Shown: positions 1 through 10,720 of the stretch, in pieces
Numbering within the stretch: the stretch's first letter is position 1
How the letters are laid out: the number at the start of each line of letters is the position of its first letter
Assembly: GCA_049840735.1 (NCBI GenBank)
Contig: JASGJN010000002.1
Span: 32,001-96,000 of the forward strand
Source of the DNA: Anaeromyxobacter sp.
GTDB taxonomy: Bacteria; Myxococcota; Myxococcia; Myxococcales; Anaeromyxobacteraceae
Length of the DNA: 64,000 nt
Direction: 5' to 3'
Notes under the pieces: generated by a model
The model's database searches: none
Told to the model about the DNA's origin: nothing
Seen by the model: the letters and a program-made list of their open reading frames with translations, nothing else
Position numbers and translations under genes: made by a program

Positions 1-138
1 CCAGTACATGGGGTTCGCGTAGAGCAGCGCCACGAAGGCCAGCGCCGAGGCGAAGGCCACCCGGCTCCAGCGCCGCGTGGCCCGCTCCAGCCCGGCCTCG
101 CGCGCCGCCAGCGCCGCCTCGTAGGTCGCTGCGTGCAT
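1..138 (-). CDS. N-terminal part of a membrane protein, probably the Wzy/O-antigen ligase-family polymerase of the polysaccharide cluster; runs off the window
   Basis: ATG at 138 after GGGAGG. Reads MHAATYEAALAAREAGLERATRRWSRVAFASALAFVALLYANPMYW, with a hydrophobic helix. Lies directly after a glycosyltransferase in the operon. Confidence 0.5.
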   Translation of the reverse strand, partial: MHAATYEAALAAREAGLERATRRWSRVAFASALAFVALLYANPMYW

Positions 139-148
139 CGATGCCTCC

Positions 149-1330
149 CTAGCCCGGGACCGCCGCGCGCGCCGCCGCGCCCACCCCGCCGCCCTCCACC
201 GCCGCGACGTGGGCGCGGATCTCCTCGACCCGCGCCTCCCAGCCCTCCGCCGCCACCAGCGCCGAGCGGACCCGCGACGGCCCCGGGTCGCGCAGCGCCT
301 CGGCCACCGCCGCCAGGAACCCGGCCCGGTCGCGGGCCACGGTGCAGCCCGGGATGCGCCGCAGCTCGGGCAGGTCGGTGCAGACGTTGGGCAGCCCCGC
401 CGCGACGTACTCGCGCGCCTTGAGGGGGTTGGCCGCCAGGGCCAGCGCGTTGAGCCGGAAGGGCGTCAGCGCCACGTCGAAGCCGCGGCACCAGGCGGGC
501 AGCTCGGCGTAGGGGCGGCGGCCGAAGAGATGCACGTTGCGCGCCCCCTCCAGCGCCCCGAGCCCGGTGATCACCTTCCCCACCAGCACCACCGACCCCT
601 GCGGCCAGGCGTCGGCCACCGCCCGCACCAGCTCGAGGTCGATCCAGTCGGCCACCAGCCCGAAGAAGCCGATCACCGGCCGCGGCAGCCCCGCCAGCGG
701 GGCCGCCGGCGCCAGCCCCGGCTCGAGCGCCCGCGCGAAGTGGGCGTGGTCCACGCCGTGGCGCACCAGCACCGTGCGCGGGTTGTAGGGGCGCTTGTCG
801 GCCACGAGCTTCTCGGAGGAGGCGATGACCAGGTCGGCCCGGCGGAGCAGCCTCCGCTCCAGGGCCGCCACGTGGCTGGACGCGTCGCTGAAGGCCGAGA
901 ACTCGTCCACCACGTGGTAGAGCACCAGCGACTCGCCCAGGCTGCCGGCCACCGTGGCGGCGCTGGGGAGGAAGCTCCAGGAGATGGGCGCCCGCATCCC
1001 CAGCCGCCGCATGGCCCGCCGGACCTGGAGCCGCAGCAGGGTGCGGTTGGCCTGGCGGGCCGCCTCGCTGCCGTAGGCCGGCAGGTAGAGGGGCGCCAGC
1101 ACGTGCAGGTTGGGCTCGGGCTCGGTCAGGCCGCGCGCGACGTCGCGCAGCTTCTTCCAGGCGCGGCGCGCGTCGGCGGCGGTGGCCCGGGGGGAGCGGT
1201 TGCCGATCGAGTTCACCCACAGCACCCGGTTCTCGCGGGCCAGGATTCGCATCACGTGGGTCTTGGAGAGCGGGTCCCCGTCCCAGTCGTTGGAGAAGCA
1301 GACGATGTCCCGGCCGGTGAGGGTGCGCAC
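149..1330 (-). CDS. GT4-type (GT-B) glycosyltransferase
   Basis: C-terminal part of track ORF 149..2605, with GTG start at 1330. Motifs CFSNDW, YHVVDEFSAF, RHGVD, PVIGFFG, NPLKAREYVAAGLP. The apparent fusion to the deacetylase results from the frameshift at 1771. Confidence 0.85.
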   Translation of the reverse strand: MRTLTGRDIVCFSNDWDGDPLSKTHVMRILARENRVLWVNSIGNRSPRATAADARRAWKKLRDVARGLTEPEPNLHVLAPLYLPAYGSEAARQANRTLLRLQVRRAMRRLGMRAPISWSFLPSAATVAGSLGESLVLYHVVDEFSAFSDASSHVAALERRLLRRADLVIASSEKLVADKRPYNPRTVLVRHGVDHAHFARALEPGLAPAAPLAGLPRPVIGFFGLVADWIDLELVRAVADAWPQGSVVLVGKVITGLGALEGARNVHLFGRRPYAELPAWCRGFDVALTPFRLNALALAANPLKAREYVAAGLPNVCTDLPELRRIPGCTVARDRAGFLAAVAEALRDPGPSRVRSALVAAEGWEARVEEIRAHVAAVEGGGVGAAARAAVPG

Positions 1331-1401
1331 GCCCGCAACCTGCGACCGGTCGGCACTGCCCGGCGACCGTCCATCGGGGGACGGCGCTCGCGTGCGTGGC
1401 C

Positions 1402-2605
1402 TCACCGGGCCGTCCCCCGCGCCGCGGGCGGCGGCCCCGGCGCACGCCTGGGCTGCGGCAACACCCGGGCCGCGGGCGGCAGCGCGCCGGAGTACTCGCC
1501 GGGCACCGGACGGGCCAGGCCCAGCGCGTGGAAGACCCCCTCCAGGTTGCAGGTGGCCAGCGCCGGGCTGTAGCCGGCGGGACCGAGCGTGGTGTTCTCC
1601 CAGAGCATCTTGCGCCCCAGCACCAGCGGATCGCCGCCTCTCCGGTTCTCGGTGTCCTCGGTGGTCACCGCCGTCTCGAAGCCGCAGGAGGCCACCAGCC
1701 GGCGCAGCCCCGGCGAGTGGTAGCCGTTGGGGTACGCGAAGTGCCGCGGCGCCCGCCCCAGCTGCGCCGCGATTCTCGTCCCGGCAGCCCTCCACCTCGC
1801 GCCGCGCCCGCGCCGGCGCGAGGTGCGGCAGCACCGCGTGCGTGACGGTGTGGCCGCCCACCTCCACCCCCGCCGCGGCCAGGGCCCGCACGTCGTCCCA
1901 GCCCATCATCCGCGTCCCGGGCGGCAGCTCGCGCTCGTGCAGCCCCACGCGCGCCTCCAGCCCCGAGGCCAGCGCCAGCAGCCCGGCCTGCGGCAGGCGG
2001 GCGATGAGCCCGTCCAGGGTGGCGGCGGGGCCGCCGGTGCAGGCGTCCAGCGCGGCCTGCAGCGGCCCCGGCAGGCCGGCCTGGTGCGGCGCGATCCCGC
2101 GGGCGGCCAGCTCGGCCAGCGCGGCGAAGATGCGATCGTGCGGCAGCCGGTGGCTGGTCCCGACGTAGCCGGTGACGACGTAGGCGGTGGCCGGGATTCG
2201 CAGCGCCGCGAGGATGGGCAGCGCCACCCCGTGGACGTCGGCGTAGCCGTCGTCGAAGGTGACCGCCACCACGTCGCGGCGGCGCCGGCGGCCGGGGCGC
2301 TCGGAGAGGATCCGGCGCGCCTCCGAGAGCGAGACCAGCTCGCGCGTGCGGGCCAGCCCCTCCAGCTGCCTCCGCAGCGTGGCGGTGGAGACCAGCAGCG
2401 AGGCCAGCCCCTCCCGCGCGCTGGCCTGGTAGTCGGGGGTGACGCGGTGGTAGGAGACCACCAGCACCCGCACCCCGCCGGCCTGCCAGCGCCGGAGCGC
2501 GCCCACCGCCCGGTGGAGCCCGGAGGCGGTCAGCGCCCCCGCCACCGCCACCTTGAAGGTCCGGCGCACCATCCAGCGTGCGCTGCCGTCCGCGCGCTCG
2601 GGCAT
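1402..2605 (-). CDS. Polysaccharide deacetylase (CE4; ExoL-like), one frameshift at about 1771
   Basis: VSYHRV, VTFDDGY and GGHTVTH motifs. Removing one base from GATTC at 1771-1775 restores EIAAQLGRAPRHFAYPNG and joins ORF 1402..1695. Confidence 0.85.
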
Positions 2606-2608
2606 CTG

Positions 2609-3784
2609 CTAGCCCTCCCCCGCGGGCGCGCCCGCCGCCGCCGCGGCCCGCCGTCGGGCCAGCTGCAGCGCGCCCCAGAGCCGGGCCGGGGTCACCGCTC
2701 GCGCCACGCCGCGGGCCGCCCGGAGCGCGCCGTCGGCCGCGGTCACGGCCCCGGCCCGCAGCGACGGCGCCCGCAGGCGGACCGCGCAGGTCTCGCGCCG
2801 GTCGGCGGTCCAGTCGAGCTTGTAGGGCTCCTCGCCGCGCAGGAAGTCGTAGTCGGTCAGCCCGCGCGCGTACGCGTCCTCCACCGTGCGCGCCACCAGC
2901 ACGGCGCCGGGGCTGCGGGCGGACCAAGCCGGATTGTAGCCGGACTGGTAGTAGTAGAAGCGCCGCCCCAGCTCGAGGCCGTAGACCGCCGCCACCGCCG
3001 CGCCGCCCACGCGCAGCCGGTAGAGGCGCAGCCAGCCGCGCGCCGCCAGCGCCGGCGCCACCGCGCGGTGGAACGCCTCGGGCGGCCCCGCGGGGATGCC
3101 GTAGGAGCCGCCCTCCACCGCCCAGCGCAGCCGGTGCAGGCGCAGGAAGTCCTCCATCGCCTCCGGCGCCTCGGCGGCCGTGGAGGCCACCTCCACGGCG
3201 AAGCCAGGCTGGCGCGCCAGCCAGCGGACGCGGCGGCCAAGCGTCTCCCGCCGCCGCACGCGCCGCAGGTGGCTGGCGTAGTCGCCGCGCAGCGCGAACC
3301 CCGGGCAGCTGAAGCGGCGGAGCACCTCGGCCCGCGCCCCGCGGAGGCCGGCCGCGTCCAGCAGCGCCGCGACGGAGGGGGAGCCGCAGGGCAGGTCCTC
3401 CAGGTCCAGCACGTCCCAGCCCTCCCCGCCCAGCAGCGCCCGGGCCAGCGCGGCGCGGACCTCGGCCGCGTCCTGCGGGCGCGCCAGCACGTCCAGGCCG
3501 TCGGCGCCGGTCAGGCCGTTGCCCAGCAGCCGCCAGCGGCGCGCGCCGGGCAGCCCCGGGCTGGCCGAGAGCGCCAGCACGCCCGCCAGCGCACCCGCGC
3601 CGTCGCGCGCCTCCAGCAGCCAGAGCGCGCGGCGCGCGCCCAGGTGACGCCACCAGGCGTGGAGCCACTCGTGGGAGAGGAAAGGGCAAGGCTCACCCGC
3701 CGCCGCGAAGAGCGCGCGCCACTCCGGGCCGAGCGCCTCGAGGCGCGCCGGGTCGCGGCTGGAGCGGACGGTGAGCGCGCTCAC
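2609..3784 (-). CDS. exoI: GNAT-family N-acetyltransferase (ExoI-like)
   Basis: PFLSHEW, YYQSGY, SPGAVL and YDFLRGEEPYK motifs. Position matches the Myxococcus exoA-I order. Confidence 0.75.
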   Translation of the reverse strand: MSALTVRSSRDPARLEALGPEWRALFAAAGEPCPFLSHEWLHAWWRHLGARRALWLLEARDGAGALAGVLALSASPGLPGARRWRLLGNGLTGADGLDVLARPQDAAEVRAALARALLGGEGWDVLDLEDLPCGSPSVAALLDAAGLRGARAEVLRRFSCPGFALRGDYASHLRRVRRRETLGRRVRWLARQPGFAVEVASTAAEAPEAMEDFLRLHRLRWAVEGGSYGIPAGPPEAFHRAVAPALAARGWLRLYRLRVGGAAVAAVYGLELGRRFYYYQSGYNPAWSARSPGAVLVARTVEDAYARGLTDYDFLRGEEPYKLDWTADRRETCAVRLRAPSLRAGAVTAADGALRAARGVARAVTPARLWGALQLARRRAAAAAGAPAGEG

Positions 3785-4961
3785 CCCAGCGCCTCCCGCA
3801 CGCAGCGGGCCAGGAAGGCCATGTCCTCCGGCCCCAGGTCCTGGTGCACCGGCAGCTCCAGCACCTTGCGCCGCAGCGCCGCCACCTCCGGGAAGGCCTC
3901 AGGCGGGCAGAGCGGGTGCCCGGTGCGCCAGAAGTCCACCGCCTCGATGCCGCGCGCCGCCAGCCGCGCCTTGACCGCGGCCTTGTCCTCGCAGAGCAGC
4001 GGGTAGAAGAGCGGGCAGGCGCCGGCGTGCAGCTCGGGCAGGACCGGCGGCACGCGATCGCGCAGCCGGCCCAGCAGCAGGAAGTAGTTGCGCCGGCGGG
4101 CCGCCACCACCGCGCCGGCGTCCAGCCGCCGGGCCACCAGGCCCGAGAGCCTGCTCATGCCCAGCTGCGCGGCGCCGGGGTCGAAGGTGCTGGTGCCGGT
4201 CGAGACCGGGTGCAGCCCGGAGGCCCCGCGCACCAGCTGCACGCTGCGGCGGGCCGCGGCGCGGAGCGCCTCGCCGGTGCCACCCAGCCTGAAGGCCACG
4301 TTGGAGAGCAGCGCGCCCCCCGCGTGCGAGAGCGTGGAGCCGAGCGGCGCCCGCTCCGGGCGGGGCAGCACCCCGCGGACCGCCGGGTCGTCGATCACCA
4401 GCGCGCCGCCGTTGGGGACCGGGAGCGTCTTGTAGAAGCAGAGATCCCCACCGCGCCGGTGGAGCCCAGCGGGCGGTCTCCTTCCGCCGCCAGCAGCGAG
4501 AGGGCGCAGTCCTCGATCACCGGCACCCCGAGGCGCCGCCCCAGGGCGTTGAGCTCGTCCATGGGCTGCGCGAACCCGGCGTAGTGGATGGCGTAGATGG
4601 CGCCGGTGCGCGGCCCGGCCTGCGCCTCGAGGTGCGCCAGGTCGAGCTGCATGCGGGCGTCCACCCGCACGAAGCGCGGCACCGCGCCGGCCGCCACCAG
4701 CGCCGAGACCTCCACCCCGTGGTGGTAGGCCGGCACCAGCACCTCACGCCCGGCCAGCCCCAGCAGCCGCACCGCGTGGAAGACCGCGTTGCGCGCGAAG
4801 TAGAAGCGGGTCAGCCGCGGCGCGGTGAACGGGAAGGGCTGGGGGCGGTCGGCCCCCAGCGGCGAGAGCATGCCCGGCCAGAGCGTGGGCAGGGCCGGCA
4901 GGTAGCGCCGGCGCGGGGGCTCCGGCTCGGGCCAGGTGCGCAGGGTGAGCGCCGACTTCAT
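3781..4961 (-). CDS. exoH: DegT/DnrJ/EryC1/StrS PLP-dependent aminotransferase (ExoH-like), one frameshift at about 4441
   Basis: ATG at 4961. IHYAG and VIEDCA motifs. Adding one base restores GIFCFYKTLPVPNGG (PLP lysine). C-terminal RRRNY and VLELPVHQ. Confidence 0.8.
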
Positions 4962-6082
4962 GGACTCCACCGGAGCACCTCCTTCACCGCCGGGCGGACC
5001 CGGTGCTTGAGCGCGTGCAGGGCGCGGCCGGCCAGGCTGGGCCGGTACACGTAGAGCCAGTCGTGCGGGCGGAGGCGCGGCGCCCAGTCCTGCTTCCAGG
5101 GCATGTCGGGCCCGAGGAAGTCGAGCTCGGCGAGCCCGCGCTCCTCGCACTCCGCCACCACCGCCTGGTGAAGCAGCTGGCCGGGCGAGACGGCCGAGAG
5201 CCCCTCGGCGTAGGCGGTCTTGGGCAGCGAGAAGACGCCGCGGTGGACCAGCCCCAGGTGCATGGCGATGGGCACGCCGTCCAGCGTGAGCGCGCGGATG
5301 GCCAGGCCGCCGCGGGCGGCGGCGTCGCGCGCCACCTGCCGGTAGAAGCGGACCAGCGCCGGATCCCGGGCGATGGCCGTGCCCCCCTGGCCCTTCCAGC
5401 CCGACGCCTCCAGGGCCAGGAACTGCTCCAGCCGCCGCTCCAGGTCGCCGCTCCCGTCCTCCGCCTGCACGGCCACCTCGCCCAGCTCCGCCAGCCGGCG
5501 GGCCCGGCGGCGCAGGTTGCCGCGGAACTTGGCCGAGGTGCGCGCCGCCACCGGCTCGCCCCCCAGCGTCAGGAAGGGCGTGCGGAGCGACTCCCAGCGG
5601 CCGGTGAGGTGGCCGTCGGCCCGGGCCAGCGGCTCCAGCAGCGTCGAGGTGGGGCCGTCGCGCGGCAGGTCGCGGAGCAGCAGCACGTCCCAGCGGAGCG
5701 CGTCGCGGAGGTGGGCCCAGAGCGCCGCCACCGCGCCGGAGGCGTCCGGCCCCAGCGCCCACTCCACCCGGCAGCTGTGGTCGTTGGCCGGCGCCACCAG
5801 CCGGATCACCCCGCGCCGCCGCTCCTCCAGCAGCGGCGCGAACCCGGCCGCCGTGCCCCGGGCGTCCCGCGCCACCAGCACCCGCAGCCGCGCCGCCGGC
5901 CCGGCGAAGGCGTCCAGCCACGCGCCCAGCCACTCGTGGCGCACGAAGGGGAGATCCACCGGGCCGCGCGCCAGCAGCGCGCTCCACTCCGGCCGCAGCC
6001 GGTCGAAGGCCACCCGCCCCTCCTCCACCTCGACCCGGTACCCGCCCGCCGCCGGGACGACCTGCTCCGCCGCGCCGTGCAC
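4958..6082 (-). CDS. exoG: GNAT-family N-acetyltransferase (ExoG-like)
   Basis: PFVRHEW, LEASGWKG, SPGQLL and LDFLGPDMPWKQDW motifs; operon position. Confidence 0.75.
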   Translation of the reverse strand: MHGAAEQVVPAAGGYRVEVEEGRVAFDRLRPEWSALLARGPVDLPFVRHEWLGAWLDAFAGPAARLRVLVARDARGTAAGFAPLLEERRRGVIRLVAPANDHSCRVEWALGPDASGAVAALWAHLRDALRWDVLLLRDLPRDGPTSTLLEPLARADGHLTGRWESLRTPFLTLGGEPVAARTSAKFRGNLRRRARRLAELGEVAVQAEDGSGDLERRLEQFLALEASGWKGQGGTAIARDPALVRFYRQVARDAAARGGLAIRALTLDGVPIAMHLGLVHRGVFSLPKTAYAEGLSAVSPGQLLHQAVVAECEERGLAELDFLGPDMPWKQDWAPRLRPHDWLYVYRPSLAGRALHALKHRVRPAVKEVLRWSP

Positions 6083-6083
6083 G

Positions 6084-7073
6084 TCAGCCCTCCCGCATCC
6101 GCGCCAGGTCGAGCAGCACCCGCGCCAGCCGCTGCGGATCGTGGCGACCGGGCCGGCCGGGCGCCTCCAGGTCCAGCAGCACCGGAACCACCCCCATGGC
6201 CTCCACCGCCGCGGCGACCGCCGCTACGCCCCCGACCTGCGCCGGCGCCGCCGGGTGCTGGATCACCGCGGCGTCCACCACGTCGCCGAGCTGGCGCTGC
6301 AGCGCCGCCACGTGGGCGGCCGCGTCGCAGCCCTCGGTCTCGCCCGGCTCGGTCCTGAGGTTCACCACCAGCACCCGCAGCGCCCGCGTGGTGCGCAGGG
6401 CCGCCGCCATCCCGGTGCCGAGCAGGCCCGCCAGCACCGAGGAGAAGAGGCTGCCAGGCCCCATCACCACCAGGTCCGCCTCCAGCACCGCGGCCAGCGC
6501 CCGGCGCGGCGCCGGGGCCGGACGGGCCAGCCCCAGCCGCGCCACCCGGCCGCGCGCGGCGGCGATGGCCGACTCGCCCCGGACCTCGCGCCCGTCCTCC
6601 AGCACGGCCACCAGCTGCGCCAGCCCCTCCACCGCCGGCACCACCCGGCCGCGCGCCCCCAGCAGCCGGGCGGCCGCGTCCAGCGCGGCGTCGAAGTCGC
6701 CCAGCCGCTGCGCCAGCGCGGTCAGGATCACGTTGCCCACCGTGTGCCCGGCCAGCGCGCCCTCGCCCTCGAAGCGGTGCTCGAAGAGCGAGGCCAGCGG
6801 GCTCGCCCCCGCGGCCAGCGCCTCCAGGCAGCGGCGCGCGTCCCCCGGGGCCGGGACCCCGTAGGCCCGGCGCAGCGCGCCGGAGGAGCCGCCGTCGTCG
6901 GCGGTGCTCACCAGCGCGGTCACCTGCACCGCCCGCCCCTGCTCCGGCTCCAGCCCCGGCGCCAGCCCGGACAGGACCCGCGGCAGCCCGGTGCCGCCGC
7001 CCACCGCCGCCACCCGCAGCGGGCGGGCAGCGGTCGGGCCGGGCCAGGCCGGGAGCGCGCCGGCCGGCGTCAC
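6084..7073 (-). CDS. exoF: YvcK/CofD-like gluconeogenesis factor family protein (ExoF-like)
   Basis: GTG at 7073 overlaps the upstream stop. Motifs VGGGTGL, ADDGGSSG, GHTVGN, GPGSLFSS, RHDP. Confidence 0.8.
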   Translation of the reverse strand: MTPAGALPAWPGPTAARPLRVAAVGGGTGLPRVLSGLAPGLEPEQGRAVQVTALVSTADDGGSSGALRRAYGVPAPGDARRCLEALAAGASPLASLFEHRFEGEGALAGHTVGNVILTALAQRLGDFDAALDAAARLLGARGRVVPAVEGLAQLVAVLEDGREVRGESAIAAARGRVARLGLARPAPAPRRALAAVLEADLVVMGPGSLFSSVLAGLLGTGMAAALRTTRALRVLVVNLRTEPGETEGCDAAAHVAALQRQLGDVVDAAVIQHPAAPAQVGGVAAVAAAVEAMGVVPVLLDLEAPGRPGRHDPQRLARVLLDLARMREG

Positions 7074-8462
7074 CGCGCCCCCCGGCCCAGCAGCACCACC
7101 TTGGCGGTGGCCAGCAGGCAGACCAGGTCGAGGAAGAGCGAGGTGTTCTTGATGTAGTAGAGGTCGTACTCGAGCTTGCGGGCGTTCTCCTCCAGCGTGG
7201 ACCCGTAGCCGTAGCGCAGCTGGGCCCAGCCGGTCAGGCCCGGCTTGACCAGCTCGCGCAGCGTGAAGAGCGGCCAGCGCGCCTTGAGCTCGGAGAGGAA
7301 GACCGCCCGCTCGGGCCGCGGGCCCACCACGCTCATCTCGCCGCGCAGCACGTTCCAGAGCTGGGGCAGCTCGTCCACCCGGAAGCGCCGGAGCACGCGG
7401 CCGGCGGGGAGGATGCGCGGGTCGTCGTCGGTGGCCCAGGCGGCCCCCATCCGCTCGGCGTCGCGGCGCATGGTCCGGAACTTCCAGAATCCGGTAGGGG
7501 CGCCCGGCCCGGCCGGTGCGCTCCTGCGAGTAGAGGACGGGCCGGCCGTCGGCCACCCAGATCACCAGCGCCACCGCCGCCATCGCCGGGGCCAGCGCCA
7601 GCAGCAGCGCGGCCGCCACCGCCAGGTCGGCCAGCCGCTTCGCCGTGCGGGTCACCCGCGAGACCCGGAACCCCTCGTCGAAGATGAGCGCGCTGGGGCG
7701 GACCAGCGCCAGCGGGATGCGCTGCAGCGTGGCCTCGGCGAACCCGACGTCGTCCACCACGCGCAGGCCGCGGGTGCGCAGCGCCAGCAGGTCGTCGAGC
7801 GGCAGCCCGCGCCGGTCCTCCAGCGCCACCACCAGCACCTGCGCCCGCACCTGCCGGGCCACCTCCGCCACCCGGCCGGTGTGGACCGCGGCCGGGTCCA
7901 CCAGCGGCGGCGCCGTGCTCCGGCCGTCCACCTGGAAGCCGACCACCTCCCAGAGGCCGTCCGCCTCGCGCTCCACCGCGCGCGCCAGGTCGCGGGCGCG
8001 CGCGCCGCCGCCCACGAAGAGCACGCGGGTGGGGGCGCCCACCACCGCCGGCATCAGCACCCGGGCGCCGATCACGCCCAGCGCCCCGCCCGCCGCCGCC
8101 ACCACCAGCGAGCCGTGGAGCGTCCAGCCCGGGAGGAGGAACAGGTCGAGCGCCACGTCGGCGAGGGCCAGCGCGATGGCCGCCACCCCGAGGGCGCGCA
8201 GCAGCCTGCGCCCGTCGGTCCGGTCCCGGACCGCGGCGTGCAGGTCGTAGAGGTCGCCCAGGTAGAGCGCGCCGGCGAAGATCAGCGCCGCCACCCCGGC
8301 CCGCAGCACCCCCGGGGTGATGGGCATCCCGGCGCCGCTGGCCTGGGCCGCCACCGGCCCGATGGAGGCGCCGGCCAGCAGCGCCAGCACCAGCACCGTC
8401 TCCTCGGCGAAGAAGTAGGCCGCCTTGCGCGGCGAGAACCAATGGTTGAAGACGCGGACCAA
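7070..8462 (-). CDS. exoE: Polyisoprenyl-phosphate hexose-1-phosphate transferase (priming sugar transferase; ExoE-like), one frameshift at about 7488
   Basis: N-terminal TM helices and KRLADL. Correcting GAATC at 7487-7491 gives RIWKFRTM, followed by DELPQLWNVLRGEMSVVGPRPER and KPGLTGWAQ. Confidence 0.9.
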
Positions 8463-8492
8463 GATTGCCCCCCCCGGCCCAGCTGCGGGCCC

Positions 8493-8520
8493 CAGGCCTC
8501 AGGCTCCAGGCCTCAGGCTT
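8493..8520 (+). repeat. Four tandem heptamers in the exoD-exoE spacer
   Basis: CAGGCCT CAGGCTC CAGGCCT CAGGCTT read directly. Confidence 0.7.
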
Positions 8521-8589
8521 CGGCGCACCCGGGCTCCCCTCGACGACTCCGACCGGCCCCCTGCCGGCCCTCCCCCGCCGCTTCGCGCT

Positions 8590-9321
8590 TCAGCCGCCGG
8601 ACGCCGCGCGCGGCGGGGCGGGCAGGCCGGGCTCGCCGTAGAGCCAGCGGGCGTGGAGCGCCGCGGCGGCGTCCACGTCGTTCAGCACCACGCCCGCGGC
8701 CCGCTCGCCCAGCGCCTCCAGCGCCAGCCGCACCACCGGGCGCGGCGTGAGGCCGGCCCGCACCACCAGGAGCGCCAGGTCGGCGGCGGACGCGATCCGG
8801 TCGCCGTCCGCGAAGGCCAGGGCAGGCGGCGCGTCCAGCACCACCAGCTCGTAGGCCGCGCGCAGCTGGTCCATCACCGCCGGCGCCCGCGGGCTGCGCA
8901 GCGCCAGCGCGCCGTCACGGGCCTCGCCGGCGCAGAGCACCGACAGGCCGCCCACCCGCGCCACCGCCTGGCCCAGCTCGGCGGTGCCCTCCAGCACCTC
9001 CGCCAGCCCGGCGCGCGGCGCCAACCCCAGCAGCCCCGCCAGCGCCGGCCGGCGCAGGTCGGCCTCGACCAGCACCACCGGCCGCCCCTCCTGCGCGGCC
9101 GTGAAGGCCAGGTTGGCCGCGGTGGTGGTGCGCCCCTCGCCGCGCCCGGCGGAGGTGACCGCCACCACCCGCGCCGGGCGGCGTGCCGCCAGCCGGAGCA
9201 GCCGCTGGTACAGCAGCCGGTAGCCCTCGGCGGCCGGCGAGTCCGGCTCCAGCAGCGCCACGATGCGGCTCTCCGGCGCCAGCCCGGGGTAGGTGCCCTG
9301 CAACGTCTCCGCGCTGATCAT
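8590..9321 (-). CDS. exoD: CpsD/CapB-family BY-kinase-like ATPase (ExoD-like)
   Basis: AEGYRLL, TSAGRGEGRTT (Walker A with R in place of K), VEADLRRP, VVLDAPP. Confidence 0.85.
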   Translation of the reverse strand: MISAETLQGTYPGLAPESRIVALLEPDSPAAEGYRLLYQRLLRLAARRPARVVAVTSAGRGEGRTTTAANLAFTAAQEGRPVVLVEADLRRPALAGLLGLAPRAGLAEVLEGTAELGQAVARVGGLSVLCAGEARDGALALRSPRAPAVMDQLRAAYELVVLDAPPALAFADGDRIASAADLALLVVRAGLTPRPVVRLALEALGERAAGVVLNDVDAAAALHARWLYGEPGLPAPPRAASGG

Positions 9322-9334
9322 CTCGCCCTCCCTT

Positions 9335-10709
9335 TCACTGCGCCTGCGTGCGCCGCGGACCGATCCGCGGGATGGTGGCCAGCACCGGCACGCCCAGTCC
9401 GCCGGCGTCCTCCGGGCCGCGCATGGAGCCGTCGGCCCACTCCGTCAGCGCCGCCGCCGCCAGGGCCAGGGCCAGCGCGGCCAGCACCGCCAGCAGCGCC
9501 AGCCGCCCGCGGTCCGGCGCCGAGGGGTGGGTGGGCGTGATGGCCGGGTCGAGCAGGTGGAACATCGAGGCGGTGTCGGCCGCCAGCAGCCCCTCGGCCA
9601 CCGCGGCGTCGGCGCGGCGCGAGACGGTGGCCGCGTACTTGGCCCGCAGCGCCTCGTAGTCGCGCGAGAGGTTCGCCAGCTCCTGCCCCCAGCGCGGCGC
9701 CACCTCCACCTTGCGCTGGTATCCGTCGAGCTGCTTGCGGGCGTCCTCCAGCGCGCGCTGGTGGTCGGCGATCTCGGCCTCGATGCGCGCCAGCCCCTCC
9801 TTCACGCGCAGCTCCCGGAACTGCCCCGCCGCCTCGTCGCGGCGCCCGAGGGCCTCCGCCAGCTCCCGGCGCGCCCGGCGCACGTCGGGGTGATCGGGCG
9901 AGTAGGCGGCCTCCGCGGCCTGCAGCCGCCGCACCGCGCCGTCCAGCGCCGCCTCGGCCATGCCGGGCACCGTCACGCCCTCGGGCACGCTCCCCAGCAG
10001 CGCCGTCCGCCGGCGCTGCGCCTCGGCGATGGCCCCCAGGCGCAGCTCGATCAGCGCCTGGGCCCGGCCCACGCTCCGGGCGTTGGTCTCGACCATCTCG
10101 GGCAGCTCGGCGAGGTGCTCCACCTTGAAGGCCAGGATGCGCCGCTCGTCCTCGGCCAGCTGCTGCCCCATCTCCTTGACCTGGGCGTCGAGCGTCTCGC
10201 GCAGCCCCTGGGCCTGCGACTGCAGGACCTGGCGCGTCATCTCCTCGTAGGCGCGGGGCAGCAGCTCGGCCGCCGCCTTCACCTTCTGGGGATCGCGCCC
10301 GCGCACCTCCACCACGAAGAGCAGGCTGGGCCCGCCGCCCGGGACCTCGCCCTCCAGCCGGACCTCCACCTGGCGGCGCAGCTTCTCGATCGCGCCCTCC
10401 CGGTCGTCGTGCATGTCGGGGAAGAAGTCGGTCTCCTGGAGCACCCGCTCCAGCACCGGGCGGGCCAGGATGCCGTGCTTCACCGTCCGCATCCGGTCCT
10501 CGAACGGCACCACCCCCTGCGCCGGCAGGAACTCGACCGAGAGCCGGCGGGGCTCGAGCTGCACGGTGGAGCTGGCCGTGTACTCGGAGGGGGTGAAGGC
10601 GGCCACCGCCAGGCCGACGGCCAGCGTCGCGCCGCCCACCAGGAGCGCCGCCGCACGCCGCCGGCGGAGCGCCGCCCACAGAATCCTGCACCGTGTACGT
10701 CCTCTCCAT
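9335..10709 (-). CDS. exoC: Polysaccharide co-polymerase (Wzc/GumC type; ExoC-like), one frameshift at about 10682
   Basis: Correcting GAATC at 10681-10685 gives MERTYTVQDLWAALRRR. Two TM helices flank a coiled coil; C-terminal LGVPVLATIPRI. Confidence 0.85.
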
Positions 10710-10720
10710 GTCCGCTCCCC

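Noticed and set aside
149..8462. Apparent fusions: deacetylase with glycosyltransferase (149..2605) and sugar transferase with YvcK (6084..8462)
   Set aside because: Each disappears when a single GATC-site insertion is corrected, and the downstream genes have their own starts.
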